64,000 nucleotides of DNA, taken from the NCBI GenBank assembly GCA_905178155.1, contig CAJINV010000002.1:2760226-2824225 (forward strand), in the 5' to 3' direction. The stretch is from Amoebophrya sp. A120 (Eukaryota > Protista > Dinoflagellata). The translations under genes and the position numbers were made by a program. The notes under the pieces were generated by a model that searched no databases, was not told the origin of the DNA, and saw only the letters and a list, made by a program, of their open reading frames with translations. Shown in pieces: positions 1 through 11,410 of this stretch; the first letter of the stretch is position 1, and every line of letters begins with the position of its first letter.

Positions 1-26
1 CCTTTCACTGTTGCGGTTCTGACCCT

Positions 27-3000
27 ATGCCGCTCCAGCGCCTGCGGAGGCTTGCCTCCCCAGCGATAATGGACAATGGCAATGTCGGTGCGGTTGTTTT
101 AGCATCACAAATTCATGTAACAGTTGAGAATGTAACGTTTGAGAACGCCATAGTCGGCGGTGCGCAGAACATGCAGGGAGGTGGAGCTGCGCCAACCGCC
201 GCTAATGTGACAACAGGAGCGCCTTCCTCTGGAAACAGCGCGAATTACCAGGGTTTCCCGCAGTTCGCATCCGCTGCAAGGAAATCCGAAGCGCCCTCAT
301 CGTCGATTCTGCGGCAAAAAGCAGTCGACTCTACTGCGTCACCGGATGGTGCACGGACGACAAAGGCGCGAAGCCCGAGTGGAAAAAAGAAAGAGAAGGA
401 CGGATCGTCGAAAGCGGACCCGAGCAAGCGCGTTTCCTTTGATGAGTCGAATAACGAGGAATTTTCCCCCGCTTCCTCCGTTTACAACCGAACGAGGAAC
501 GCCCGAGCCGGACGGTTTGGCACCGGGGGAGACATTTTGTCGCCTGAGAAGAATAAACTACAGCAACAGATGAGAGGATCATTTTCTGAAAGCGGTGCTG
601 CTGATGGGGCAGCTTCTAGTACTACAACCGGGACGTCGAATATGGAGAGAAAAAAGTTTGTCACAGTCACTAACTTGCAGGCTTTGCATTACAAATTTTC
701 TCAGCATCACAAACTTTCCTTGTATTGCAGAAACACTAGGGAAATCCCTAATGAAGTTTGGCTGTGATGCATTTTTACGCATGACAAACAATTTTGTATT
801 GCAAAAATGCGCATGAGTGATCGTGACGAACTTTTTTTCTTTGATATCGAACAATCAGCACCTGTTTCACAGCAACCCGTCCAAGATCTCCATTAACGCC
901 AGACGGGTATTATCAAGTGCAAATATCCCTGGATGTCTGGAAAGATGCAAGGTTTGTCGTGCTAGTCCGGCACGGCTCTGAACTTTGTATATTGCGTGGC
1001 CACAAGCAGCCTCTCTTGACTGTCATGCAAAAATAAGGCAGTTTCTCATGCGGAATACGCAGCACAGAAGTTGAAGCACGAAAAAACTTGTCATGCTTGG
1101 CGGCGCTTTACAGTGCGCTTGCTCTTGGCTGACTTGCATCACAACTTCCCAGACCCAGTCATAGTTGCATTTGATAGGTATTGTTTGCGTGGCTGAAAAG
1201 AACGCGACGGCACGCCAGGCGAACGGAAGAGATCGCGCTTGCGCAGAAGAGAATAACCAAACTGGAGCGGAAACAGCAACAATTACGCGAGAAAAACGCC
1301 GGAACTTCTTCTAGTATTACATCGGCTGCGAAGGGAGCAGGAGGTGCTGGGGGACCAGAGGAAAATGAGACTGCCAACTACAAGCCGTCAAAATTTAAGC
1401 CAGCAAAGCGGCGGAAGCTCCTTCGCATCGACCGGTATCTGGATGATTGGGAGGAGTTGGACAGTATCCACTGCAAATATGTATCTATGGGTCTGGAAAC
1501 TTGTGATGCTGAATTGTGGATGACTGAAATACTTCCCCATGCAGCCAAGCATGACAAGTTTGCCGCACACTTTCTCATGCGCAGTCGGCACGAGAAACTG
1601 CGCTTTTGTATGACAAAAGACGGCATCTTTTTGCTAGTCATGCAACACAGATTTTACAGGAATGGAGGACTACCATTACAAGTTCCATGCTTCCAGACCC
1701 AGACATATTTACAGTCGATAGACAGACTCGCCATGGCGGATCCAGTGAAGCTGATCAAGTCGCATTTGGAACGAGTCACGTTATCCTGAGTAAAATTGTC
1801 CCCACATCGGAGTCAAGAAGGGAAATCTGCTACACAAATCAACTCGCTTTGGTTGTTTCGCATGACAAGTCTGCCCTCGTACTGTGATCCTGTTTAGCTT
1901 TAGTTCAGAAGCATCACAGATCTAGCATATCGTGCTGGTTCTAACATCACAACTTCCAAAACACGACTAGAAAATGCTTCTCATGGTGCTCCGCATGAGA
2001 ACCTTTTCTGGCATGCAGATTTCCATGACAGCTCTTGGGTGGGGGCCTTTTTCCTCAAAATACACGTACAAGTTAAATCACGGGGAGGACCCGCGGTTCG
2101 ACTTGCTGGGACACCACGACGCGGCCAAACGGGTGTTGAATGAGCATAACCAGATGGAGTTTTATTCTGTCGACATATCGTACGAAAAAAGTGTTTCACT
2201 GTAAGGATTTTGCAAGTTTTGCATCACAAGTTTGTTCTGCATGACAGAGAAAATTTGCCATGCGAGTTTCCTTAAGGAAAAGACAGCTAGAAATCCATGG
2301 TCTTGCATGTGGAGAAAGACAAATACTTCTCAGATACATTCTCTGCATTACAAGTTTACAGTGAAGCAGTTTTTTCTTGCGATACGACAGTAACCAACAG
2401 GAGTACGCCGAACACCCGCTGGATAAACCTCGCGTGGGGAGCAAGAAGGACGACGACATAATCAACGAGGCGGAGTTGACAAGAAATTTGGCCCGGATCC
2501 GGCGGGAAAAGGAGAAGAGGGCGAATCAGTCTGATTCCGATGTGGAGTCGGACGAAGAATGGATGAAGCGTGTCAACTGTAAAAATGTCTGGGTCTGGAA
2601 GAATGCCAAACTTGGCATGCAGAATTTCCATGCCCCGTGAGGTCTGGAATGCAGGGCCTAGCATGACAGATTCTGCGAAGTGGTCCCTATCGTGCCTGTC
2701 CTGCATGAGAAACTCCTTCTCATGATGGTGGTCAGAAAAGGGCAACTTTTGGCAATCACGCAAGATAGATTTTTGTGTGATCCACAGGACGCATCACAAG
2801 TTGCATCCTTCCAGACCCAGACAATTTTGCAGTTGATAAAGCGGAGGGAGGAACGAAAATTGAAAAGGCAGAAAGATTTGGAAGAGAAAAACAGAACTGG
2901 GCTTGGCGAAGGTACTGACTTAGTACGATTTCGTCTTGCGTGCGCGTGGGCGTGCTGTTCTTGTCTACATGATGCCTTCTGGATCCTTTTGTACAAGTTC

Positions 3001-6000
3001 AAGTTAGTTTGATTCATTTTGTCAGCAGAAGCCTACGAAAAATAAAAGCGAAAAATATGGAAAAAGTAGAAAATTCATAATTTGAATTTTTAATATTCAC
3101 CTCTAACCAGCCGACGTCTCGTCGCCGCTGCTGTCTCCGACTTCCAAAATTCCAATCGAGTTCCAACCGACCTTCGCTGAGCGGTTTGACGAGCAGCTTC
3201 TGAAGCAGTCCGAGCTGAAGAAGCGGATACGAGATGAGTACACCATTCCCCCTCGTGGTCCCCCTCCTTTGTCATGCAAAACGCCAAATCCAGGTGCGGC
3301 CTTGTCGCACCGTTTGCATGACAAACACGGAAAGCGCCGGCGGCCCAAACAGCACTACAATCGGCGCGTTGTAAAGGAACTTGTTATAATGCACAGCATA
3401 CACGTGTGCTGGTGTTTGTATTGCTGTTTCTGCCAAAGAACCAAGCGGGAGGCGAGGGGGGTTTGTGCTCTCTCATACCGGAGACGCGACCAGCACAAGC
3501 TGTCCGCGGTGTATCAAATGCAAAAGTGTCTGGGTCTGGAACAAAGCAACTTGGCATGCTAAAGCTGAATCATGTAAAAATCTGTGTTGCATGATTACCA
3601 AAAGCTGTCCACTTTCGACCTAATCGAGGGGCAGTTTCTCATGCAGGATAGGCATGATAGAACTCTCACAGAATCTGTCATGCTCTGTCCTACATACCAG
3701 ACCTCATGGGTCATGGAAAACCTGCATGACAAGTCTGGCATCCTTCCAGACCCAGACATTTTTGCAGTTGATACGGTGAAGGCCCAGACGATTTGGCAGC
3801 AGGAGCTGGAACAGGAGAGGCAGAAAGCGGTTTTGCTAAAGAAACAGGAGGAAGAGCAGAGGGAAAATTTGAAGCTGGAGAAGAAGAGACTGGAGGAACT
3901 TCTGAAACGGATCGAGTCCGGGAAGGAAAACATGCGGTTGAGCGGGTTGAAATTCGGCGCCGACTGTATGACCTGCTTTATCGTTACAATCTCAAACGTT
4001 ACGAATAGAATCTGGATTTTGTATTCTTGCATGATGAGCATGGCAGACTCGCCCAGCGTTCCACTTTGTGCAATACAAATTCGCCAGATTCTAGTGCGGA
4101 TCGGGACGCCAGAAGTTGTCATGCGCAATCCTGTGGGAGTAGGATAGATGTAGATCATGCACTTCTTGCATCACAGATTTCCTCCATATTGTACTGTAAC
4201 CTTTGAGATTGTAACAGCTGAGCGTGTTATAGACTGGATTCGCGGTTCGTCTTCGAGTAAGGGGACAAGTAGTTCCACTTCGAAAGATCTGCTCTCCGCT
4301 TCGGTTCTGTCGGTGTCCGCATCTGCGTCCTCGAGCCAAGGCGGCGGCGTGTTTTTGTCGGGGAGCTACACAAGCTCCTCGCATGTCGACGATCGGTTTG
4401 ACCAGTCGGTGAAATCACAGTCGGACGGCGGGAATCTGATGGATTTGCTGCCAACCTTCTTACAGAACCAGAAGAAGCAGCAAGACCACGACCAGCGAGC
4501 AAGTTCTGCTGGGCCGCAGCCTCCGCAATCTACAGGCCCTACAACTGTTCCGAAACTACCCGCGAAGCCACCACCGAACGTTGCGCAAACGACGAAACTG
4601 TCCCCGAGAACTGGGGCCGCGTTTTTGGAAGCAAAAACGCAGGACTATTCGCCCAGGACGGCAGGTGGAGCAGACCCGTTATCAGCCTCGGTGCAGAGCA
4701 CGCAAAGGAGGTTGAACGCGAGCCACAACGTGAACGTGCTGGATATGCATTGCAAAATCCTACCGTACGGTACTTTTAGCATGAAGAATCGCATTACAAA
4801 TTTGATCAACGTGACAAGTGGCGCTTGTCATGCTAAAATTACTTAAGAAACCAGATTTGTCATGCAAGTCTGGCAACATATCTGCGAGTGCGATACAACT
4901 TTTGCAATTCATACTGGAGCAGCAGCTCCAACTTCAGTCCCAACTCAGCGAGGCCGGTGGGGATATTGGTACGAGTATGATGAACGCCACTGGTTTGTCA
5001 ATCGCGGCGCAGGCACAGTCCAATTTCTGGGAGAGGATGCAGTACGTCAAGGCTGACCAGCAGCTACTGGCAAAGGAAATGGAGCGGCGAAAGTTGAAGG
5101 AGCAGCAAGAGATGAAAAGGAGAAAGGAAATGGAAAAGCAGCTGCTCAAGGAGCACGAAGAACAGGAGAAAAAACTCGAAGCGGAACGGAAGCAGATCCG
5201 GGACAACATCGCGTTAGAGTTGAAGAAGATGGAGGAAAGACGGAAACAGCTGGTTTTGGAGCGGACGGGGGGAGGAAGTAGTACTAATACCGGGGGGGCG
5301 CAGCTGGCAAATACAAAATCTTCAAATTTGTCTCCGCTGTCACCTGTTTTGGAACACCAATCCGCGAATCAGGATGATCATGTTGGTGAAAATAAAACAA
5401 GTGCGAAAACATACGAGGAAACTTTCGAACTTGACCCAGTTGCAGAGAAAGACAAGTCGGTGGATACCACAAACTTGGCCAAAGCGAACAAAGGGCTACT
5501 TCATAGCACTACTTCCGCAACTTCTATGGAGTCGGTGCAAAAACCGGCAACAGCTGTTGTTCCCGGTTTGATTCCTGCCACAGCCTCGGCGGCATCCGCA
5601 TCCTACGACTACCTGACGAGCTCCCCTACTGCAAAGCAGGAGGAGAAGGCGGCTATTGCCGCGATTTCTTCTCAATTGATGAAGAACTCGCAGAGCTGCA
5701 ATTTGGACATCATTCCAGAAAATATCAACTTCGGACAAGTAGGCGCCGATCAACTAAACAAAACGTCGGACATATCCCGTGTAAAAACGGCTCCACCCCA
5801 TAGTCAAGATGGGTGGAAATCTGCTACTTAAACAAATCAGCAAACTTTGGCTGTTGTGCATGACAAGTTTGGCCTCGTAGTGTTATCCTGTTGAACTAGT
5901 CGAGCAGCATCACAGAGCTAACGCATCGAGCTGATTAGAGCATCGCAAATTCCGAAACGCGACTAGAATACGCTTCTCATGGGACTCCGCATGAGAAACA

Positions 6001-9000
6001 TTTCCAGCATGCGGATTTGCATTTCTATGGGCGGGTGGGGACGTTTTTACATGGGATATGACACACCAATCATTTCACACGACAGTGCAGCTGTGGCTGG
6101 TGATATGATCTCTAGAAGTTCTCCAACTTCTCCGGAAATCGACCCTGTGACCGGTAGATTGTTGAAAACGAACATCCACTTGTCGTCTCTGTCCTCCCCC
6201 GGAAGCAGCTTTATTAATGATGCAGTAGGTCACGACAGCTCGATCGAAAATATCGAGCAGTCGGTGAAAATATGAACTGCAAAAGTATCGTATTCGTATA
6301 AATATGCATTTACAAATTTCTTCAGCATGAGAAATAAAATTTGTAATGCGGATTTATCTATAAGAAAAAGATTGGTAATGCATGACTGCAATTTATTTTA
6401 CTACGAACGAGTACGATACTTTTGCACAGGATAGACAAAACAGGCCAGCAAACTTCACGAGTTGGAAGAGCAATCTGAATATGGATTCGTAAAAATGTCT
6501 GGGTCTGGAAGGTTGGAACTTGTAATGCTAGCTTTCCATACCTAGAAAATCTGTATTGCATAACCAACAAAAGTCGCAGCCTCTTTTGTCATGCAAAAAC
6601 GCAGTTTCTCACGCGGATTGCCTATGAGAAAGCGTTTCGGGAAGTTGTCATGCCGGACTGCATTCGGAAGTGTTTCCATCATGCACATTTTCGCATCACA
6701 GGTTGCCAGACCCAGACACTTTTACATTTGATACCGAATTGTTGCGACGGGACGCGGCGAAAAAAGCCTTTGATTTGTTTGACCAAACGGACGTGTTTGA
6801 GCAAACGGATTTCTTTGACCAATCCTTGCCAACGATCAATTCCGAGGCTGCGCTGCTAGAGCTGGACGACGACGATGAATCGGTTCTGGACTATGACGAG
6901 GAAACGGGGGTTTGCTTTTCCCCCAACACGACCTATCAACTGTAAAAATGTCTGGGTCTGGAAGAATGCAACTTGTGATGCTGCATTTGGATTCCCAAAA
7001 AAATCTGTATTGCATGAGTACCAAAGGGAGTGCAATTTTTGCTACGCTGAGAAGGCACTTGTCATGCGGAATATGCATTAAGAAGCCCTCAAAAAATCTG
7101 TATTCCTAGGGTATGCAACACAGACATCATGGCTCATGCAAAACGTGCATGACAAGTGTCAGAATCTTCCAGACCCAGACACTTTTACATTTGATACGAC
7201 CGCTTTGGGGACAATGGGGCTGGCTGTTACAGTTGACCAGGATGCTCGCGCTGGCACGTTGGACGACCATGGGACAAGTTTGACTTTGCTGCCCGGGTAT
7301 CAAATGTAAAAATGTCTGGGTCTGGAAGATTGCCAGATTTGTCATGCAGTTTTTTCATGATCCAGGAAGCCCGGAATGCAGGACCTAGCATGACAGATTC
7401 TGTGCGATCTCTCTCATGCCTATCCTGCATGAGAAACTGCCTCTCGATTAGGTCAAAAGTGTACAACTTTTGGCAAGCATGCAACACAGTTTTTTGCCTG
7501 CTCCGGATTTAGCATGACAAGTTGCATTCTTCCAGACCCAGACATTTTTGCATTTGATACCGGGGCGGCGGTCGCGATTGTCTCCCCGAGTAACGAGGGA
7601 TCGAGCGCTATCCAAGAAAAAAACTGTGTAAGTGTAACTTTGTGTTGCAGACGATGCAAGACAGTCACAACTGTCATGCTGGACATGCAACAGAGGCACT
7701 TTTCGTACGTGTTTTCACGTACTAGCTACGCATGACAGGTTTTCTCTGTCATGCAGGGCAGACTTGTGATGCTGTTCCTCCAAGAAAGTTACACTTACAC
7801 AGTTTTTTTCCTGCATAAGCGCTATCGCAGGAAGGAAAAAACTGTCTTTGCTTCTCAAACCCTTGCAATCGCTGCACTTTTACGATGACACGCAAAAAAA
7901 TTTGTGATGCGTCACATGATGCTGCGAGAGAAATGAACAGGCATGAAGCGCCGGCCTTTTCCTGCATGATGTCCTCGAGCATGACAAAAGACTGTCTCAA
8001 CAAGGACGTTCCGCATTTATAATACAAGTTGAGACTGAGACACGAGTTTTTCTTTTTTCTCACGATAAGCCCGACGGATGCGAACACTTCGAGTACGACG
8101 ACCGCGGAATATCAAATGTAGAAATGTCTGGGTCTGGAAGAATGCATGTTTGTCATGCTTGTCTGGCATGACTCTTAAATCTGTCATACACGTTACCCAA
8201 GAGCCGCATTTTTCTGTCATGCGGAGACGCAGTTTGTCATGCAGAATAGGCAACACCTACAAGCTCAGAAATTTGTCATGCAGAGCCAGCACTTGTGGCC
8301 CCCTCATGCTACGCCACTCAGCATCACAAGTTTCCAGACATCCAGACATTTTTGCAGTTCATACGGAAGGCGCTGGGTCAAAATCTTCTTCCAATAACAG
8401 TAATGAACAAGCAATTCTACTGGGCCGCAATCCCTCGTCTTCCAATTCTCCGCAGCCTTATGAAATGCAAAAGCATCGTACTAGTATAAATCGCATGAAA
8501 AATTTCCTCAGCATGAGAAAGAACATTTGTAATGCGGATTTAACCTGAGAAAGAAACTTGTAATGCATGAATGCGATTAGTACGAGTACGATACTTTTGC
8601 ACAGAATAAGCCTTCGCCAAACACCATGACGAGTTCCAATTTTAACCCGTTCGAGCAAATATCAGGTGCAAAAGTATCCTACTCGTCGTATAAATGCATT
8701 ACAAATTATTTCCTAAGCATGAGAAATGAAATTTGCAATGCGGATTTACCTTCAAGAGAAAGATTTGTAATGCATGACTGCAATCACTACGAGTGCGATA
8801 CTTTTGCACAGGATAGCAAAGTCAGCAGAGCTCGGGGATGACGGTGGGGACAGCATTAGCGTTTGAAAATGAGGTATCGCGAGAAAAGATTGTTTCACGG
8901 TGAACTTGTGATGCATAGAATGAATGGAGCACAGAGCTACTTAGTCGTCTTGCTACACCTGCAAGAGGACTACACCGGAGCTCTATAGCATGTTTTCCGT

Positions 9001-10521
9001 TCTTGGTTGGAAGCACGCATGGCAAATTCATCTCTTCTTGTGTAAACAAAGACAAACTTGTGATGCAGACCTTGCAAAATTATCACAGTGAAACAGTTTT
9101 TTCATGCGATATGAGGAGCGAAAGTCAAGAAATTCCTCTCGGCCGGGGACAACGAAGTCTGCTGCTACTATGCAAGACAAATTGGACCAATCGATCGGAA
9201 CTCAGTTTTCCAAAACGGACGGGTCTTCCGTCGGCGGGATCTTCAATATGAGGGTACACAACAGCTCCTCCTCGTTCTCATTTCTCGTGCAAAATACCCA
9301 ATCTACGCTTTGCCTCCTGTCACTATCATGCATGACAAGTTCTTCTGGCAGCTGGTGCCCAAATAGCACTACACTCCTGTCCAGATTTGTCATGCAAAAC
9401 CTGTATTCTTGCTGACGCTTGTGTTGCTGTCCATGCAATACAGAGCGAGGTGGACGGGGAGTTGTGCACTTTCATATTGAAGCTGTTAGGTGGTGACGAC
9501 CACGACGAGGATGAGGACGACGACATCCTCGCTGCGATCTACGACCCGCATCACAGATCGTATCGCCAGAAAAAACTGTTTCACTGTAAACTTGTAATGC
9601 AGAATATGTATCTCAAAAGTGTTTGTCATGCTACTCATGCAAGACAGTAGATTTTTCGCTGTGCGTTCCCTTACGAGCCTTGCATGGCAAATTTTCTCTG
9701 TCATGCAGAACAAACTTGTGATGCAAAACGTGCAAAATCCTTACAGTGAAGCACTGTTTTCGTACGATAGATCGAGGCAGGAGATGAATGAGGCAGAAGA
9801 AGAGGGCGGGTATAACGTCGACGGAGCTGAAGGGCAGGATTGGTCTGACGAAGCGGAAACTACGCTGGGCGATATTCTTCGGGCTAGTAAAAATGACCTC
9901 CTTGATCCCCCGCAAAGCCCAACTGCAAACAAATTCCAACCGCACTCGCCGAAAAAGCTTTCCCCCGAACAGTTGCGAAGTGCGAAACTGTTGGATGAAG
10001 AGCTCCAGGCTAGTGGGTTGAAGCAGTCGCGTCGCAACTCTACTATTTCCAGCACGACCAGCAGTCCGGACGGTAAGCTAGGAGCTTTGACTAAAGACGA
10101 GAGAGAACGGTTGAAGATAAAGAAGAAGCACGAAGAGAAGCTGCAAATGGAGGAAAGGATATCCATTTGCTGCAAAAGGTGTATCGCACTGGAACAAACA
10201 AATTTTGATATGCAGTCTCGCATGACAGTACCTTTTTTCTATGCCTGAATCTGCATTACAAAGAGACAGAAGTCGATTTTTCCCTTTCAGTAAAGTTGTA
10301 TTGCGGTTTTTACCTACTGCGTGCGATCACGCTTTTGCGAGGCATAGAGGATCAACAGTGACAAGTTCCGGGAGGAGGAGGAAAATTTCAAGGCTTTGTT
10401 TAAGCAGAAGTACGCGGTTGTGAATTCCAATACGCATCTGGTAGAAACCTCGCAAAGAATCACGAAGAAGATCGACGACTTGTTTAGCAAAGCCTTCGAC
10501 AGCATAGAAGAGGAGGATTGA
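27..10521 (+). CDS. Large low-complexity/coiled-coil hypothetical protein interrupted by 24 IR elements and one GT-AG intron (2912-3110); may begin upstream of the window
   Basis: One continuous frame is recovered when each element plus one direct-repeat copy is removed (e.g. ...GTSN|NQHLF...RRV|LFAW...ELD|RLAM...ERVT|YKLN...); stop TGA at 10519-10521. No recognisable domain. Confidence 0.75.
641..846. mobile_element. IR introner, singleton type
   Basis: TATGGAGAGAAAAAAGTTTGTCAC...GTGACGAACTTTTTTTCTTTGATA; DR TCGAA/TCGAA. Confidence 0.85.
911..1176. mobile_element. IR introner family A
   Basis: DR GGTAT/GGTAT; also readable as GT-AG 907-1177. Confidence 0.85.
1465..1720. mobile_element. IR introner family A
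   Basis: DR GACAG/GACAG. Confidence 0.88.
1782..2062. mobile_element. IR introner family C
   Basis: TIR ...AAAA..GTCCCCAC; DR CACGT/CACGT. Confidence 0.85.
2176..2384. mobile_element. IR introner family D
   Basis: TIR TATCG...TGTTTCACTGTAA; DR CGACA/CGACA. Confidence 0.9.
2571..2838. mobile_element. IR introner family A (starts TGT)
   Basis: DR AAGCG/AAGCG. Confidence 0.88.
3228..3477. mobile_element. IR introner family E, degenerate (starts TAC)
   Basis: DR GCGGA/CCGGA. Confidence 0.75.
3512..3773. mobile_element. IR introner family A
   Basis: TIR TATCAAATGCAAAAGTGTCTGGGTCTGGAA; DR CGGTG/CGGTG. Confidence 0.92.
3967..4231. mobile_element. IR introner, singleton type
   Basis: Subterminal GTTACAATCTCAAA/TTTGAGATTGTAAC; DR GACTG/GACTG. 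Confidence 0.85.
4744..4913. mobile_element. IR introner family B
   Basis: DR CTGGA/CTGGA. Confidence 0.85.
5773..6058. mobile_element. IR introner family C
   Basis: TATCCCGTGTAAAAACG/CGTTTTTACATGGGATA; DR GGACA/TGACA. Confidence 0.87.
6271..6433. mobile_element. IR introner family B
   Basis: TIR TGCAAAAGTATCGTA; DR GAAAA/GACAA. Confidence 0.87.
6480..6733. mobile_element. IR introner family A
   Basis: DR CTGAA/CCGAA; near reverse complement of 55813-56074. Confidence 0.88.
6934..7196. mobile_element. IR introner family A
   Basis: DR CGACC/CGACC. Confidence 0.92.
7298..7559. mobile_element. IR introner family A
   Basis: DR CCGGG/CCGGG; opposite orientation to 3512-3773. Confidence 0.92.
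7609..7817. mobile_element. IR introner, singleton type, first of a tandem pair
   Basis: AAAAAAACTGTGTAAGTGTAACTT inverted at both ends; DR AGCGC/AGCGC. Confidence 0.9.
7823..8067. mobile_element. IR introner, singleton type, second of a tandem pair
   Basis: TATCG...CGATA; DR AGCGC/AGCCC. Confidence 0.82.
8110..8363. mobile_element. IR introner family A
   Basis: DR CGGAA/CGGAA. Confidence 0.9.
8459..8608. mobile_element. IR introner family B
   Basis: DR AGCCT/AGCCT. Confidence 0.9.
8660..8815. mobile_element. IR introner family B
   Basis: DR GCAAA/GCAAA. Confidence 0.9.
8875..9111. mobile_element. IR introner family D
   Basis: DR TGAGG/TGAGG; also readable as GT-AG 8874-9115. Confidence 0.88.
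9247..9476. mobile_element. IR introner family E
   Basis: DR TTCAA/TTGAA. Confidence 0.83.
9561..9769. mobile_element. IR introner family D
   Basis: DR GATCG/GATCG; opposite orientation to 2176-2384. Confidence 0.9.
10160..10346. mobile_element. IR introner family B, degenerate
   Basis: DR AAGGA/GAGGA. Confidence 0.72.
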
Positions 10522-11170
10522 TATCAGATTGTATAAGATTTCGAAGTCTGTAGTATGTTGCTATTAAAAAAAATAAAATTGGACTTGGAGCAGAAGAAAG
10601 AAGAAAAAATCCTATCCTTATACCTGCGAGGGCTACACGACGTCGGACCTTTACGCTACAACTCAAGGAAGTTGTCCTGATTATAGCCTCAGGCTGACCA
10701 ACTCTAACATTGCTGGGAACGAGAATTATGAAACATGTAGTACAACCACAAGGATCTTCATCGCAGCAAATAAGGGTGTTACTACTACAACGCATCCCGT
10801 TCTTGCAGCGCTTCCTGCTGCGCTAGCAAATATGATTTGCCGATCCGAGATAGATCTGTGTTCCATTTCAACATCTCAACTGATGCTGCCAAGTCAGTAC
10901 CACACAAACACAGCGACACACAACATAGACGACATGCTAGATCATTTTTTACACGAGGAGGAGCTGCACCAGTAGTGCTCTACTGTGAAGATCTCGTTTT
11001 CAAGGAAGTTTGAGTTTATAATTGCGTTTACCACGCACGACGACCCTCTACGTACTTCAACAACCATCTCGATCTGCAGTTGTAAAAAGCCTATAAGTTT
11101 TTCCTATCTGTAAGACGGAAAGAACGCGCTTTCTACAAGGAGTTTCACCAACAACGACCCAAAACTAAAG

Positions 11171-11410
11171 ATGGGTTTTTCCCTCGCGCATCTCGTGGAA
11201 GCGGCGCTGCTGTTTGCGAACGCCATGGCGATACTAAACGAGAAGCGGTTTCTCCGGCAATTCGGGCTGGATCAAGCAATGGTGGGGGGGAACGCGACAA
11301 GTTTGCAGAATCAAGTGGCAACATTCCTGCACGCAATGCGGACGTTCATGAAGTACCCATTGATACTGGGAAATTTGGTGTTTATACTGCTGGAATGTGT
11401 GTTTTTTTGA
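11171..11410 (+). CDS. YOS1: Yos1/IER3IP1-family small ER-Golgi membrane protein
   Basis: 79 aa, two hydrophobic segments, motifs LLFANAMAILNEKRFL and MRTFMKYPLILGN typical of the family; intronless. Confidence 0.85.
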   Translation: MGFSLAHLVEAALLFANAMAILNEKRFLRQFGLDQAMVGGNATSLQNQVATFLHAMRTFMKYPLILGNLVFILLECVFF

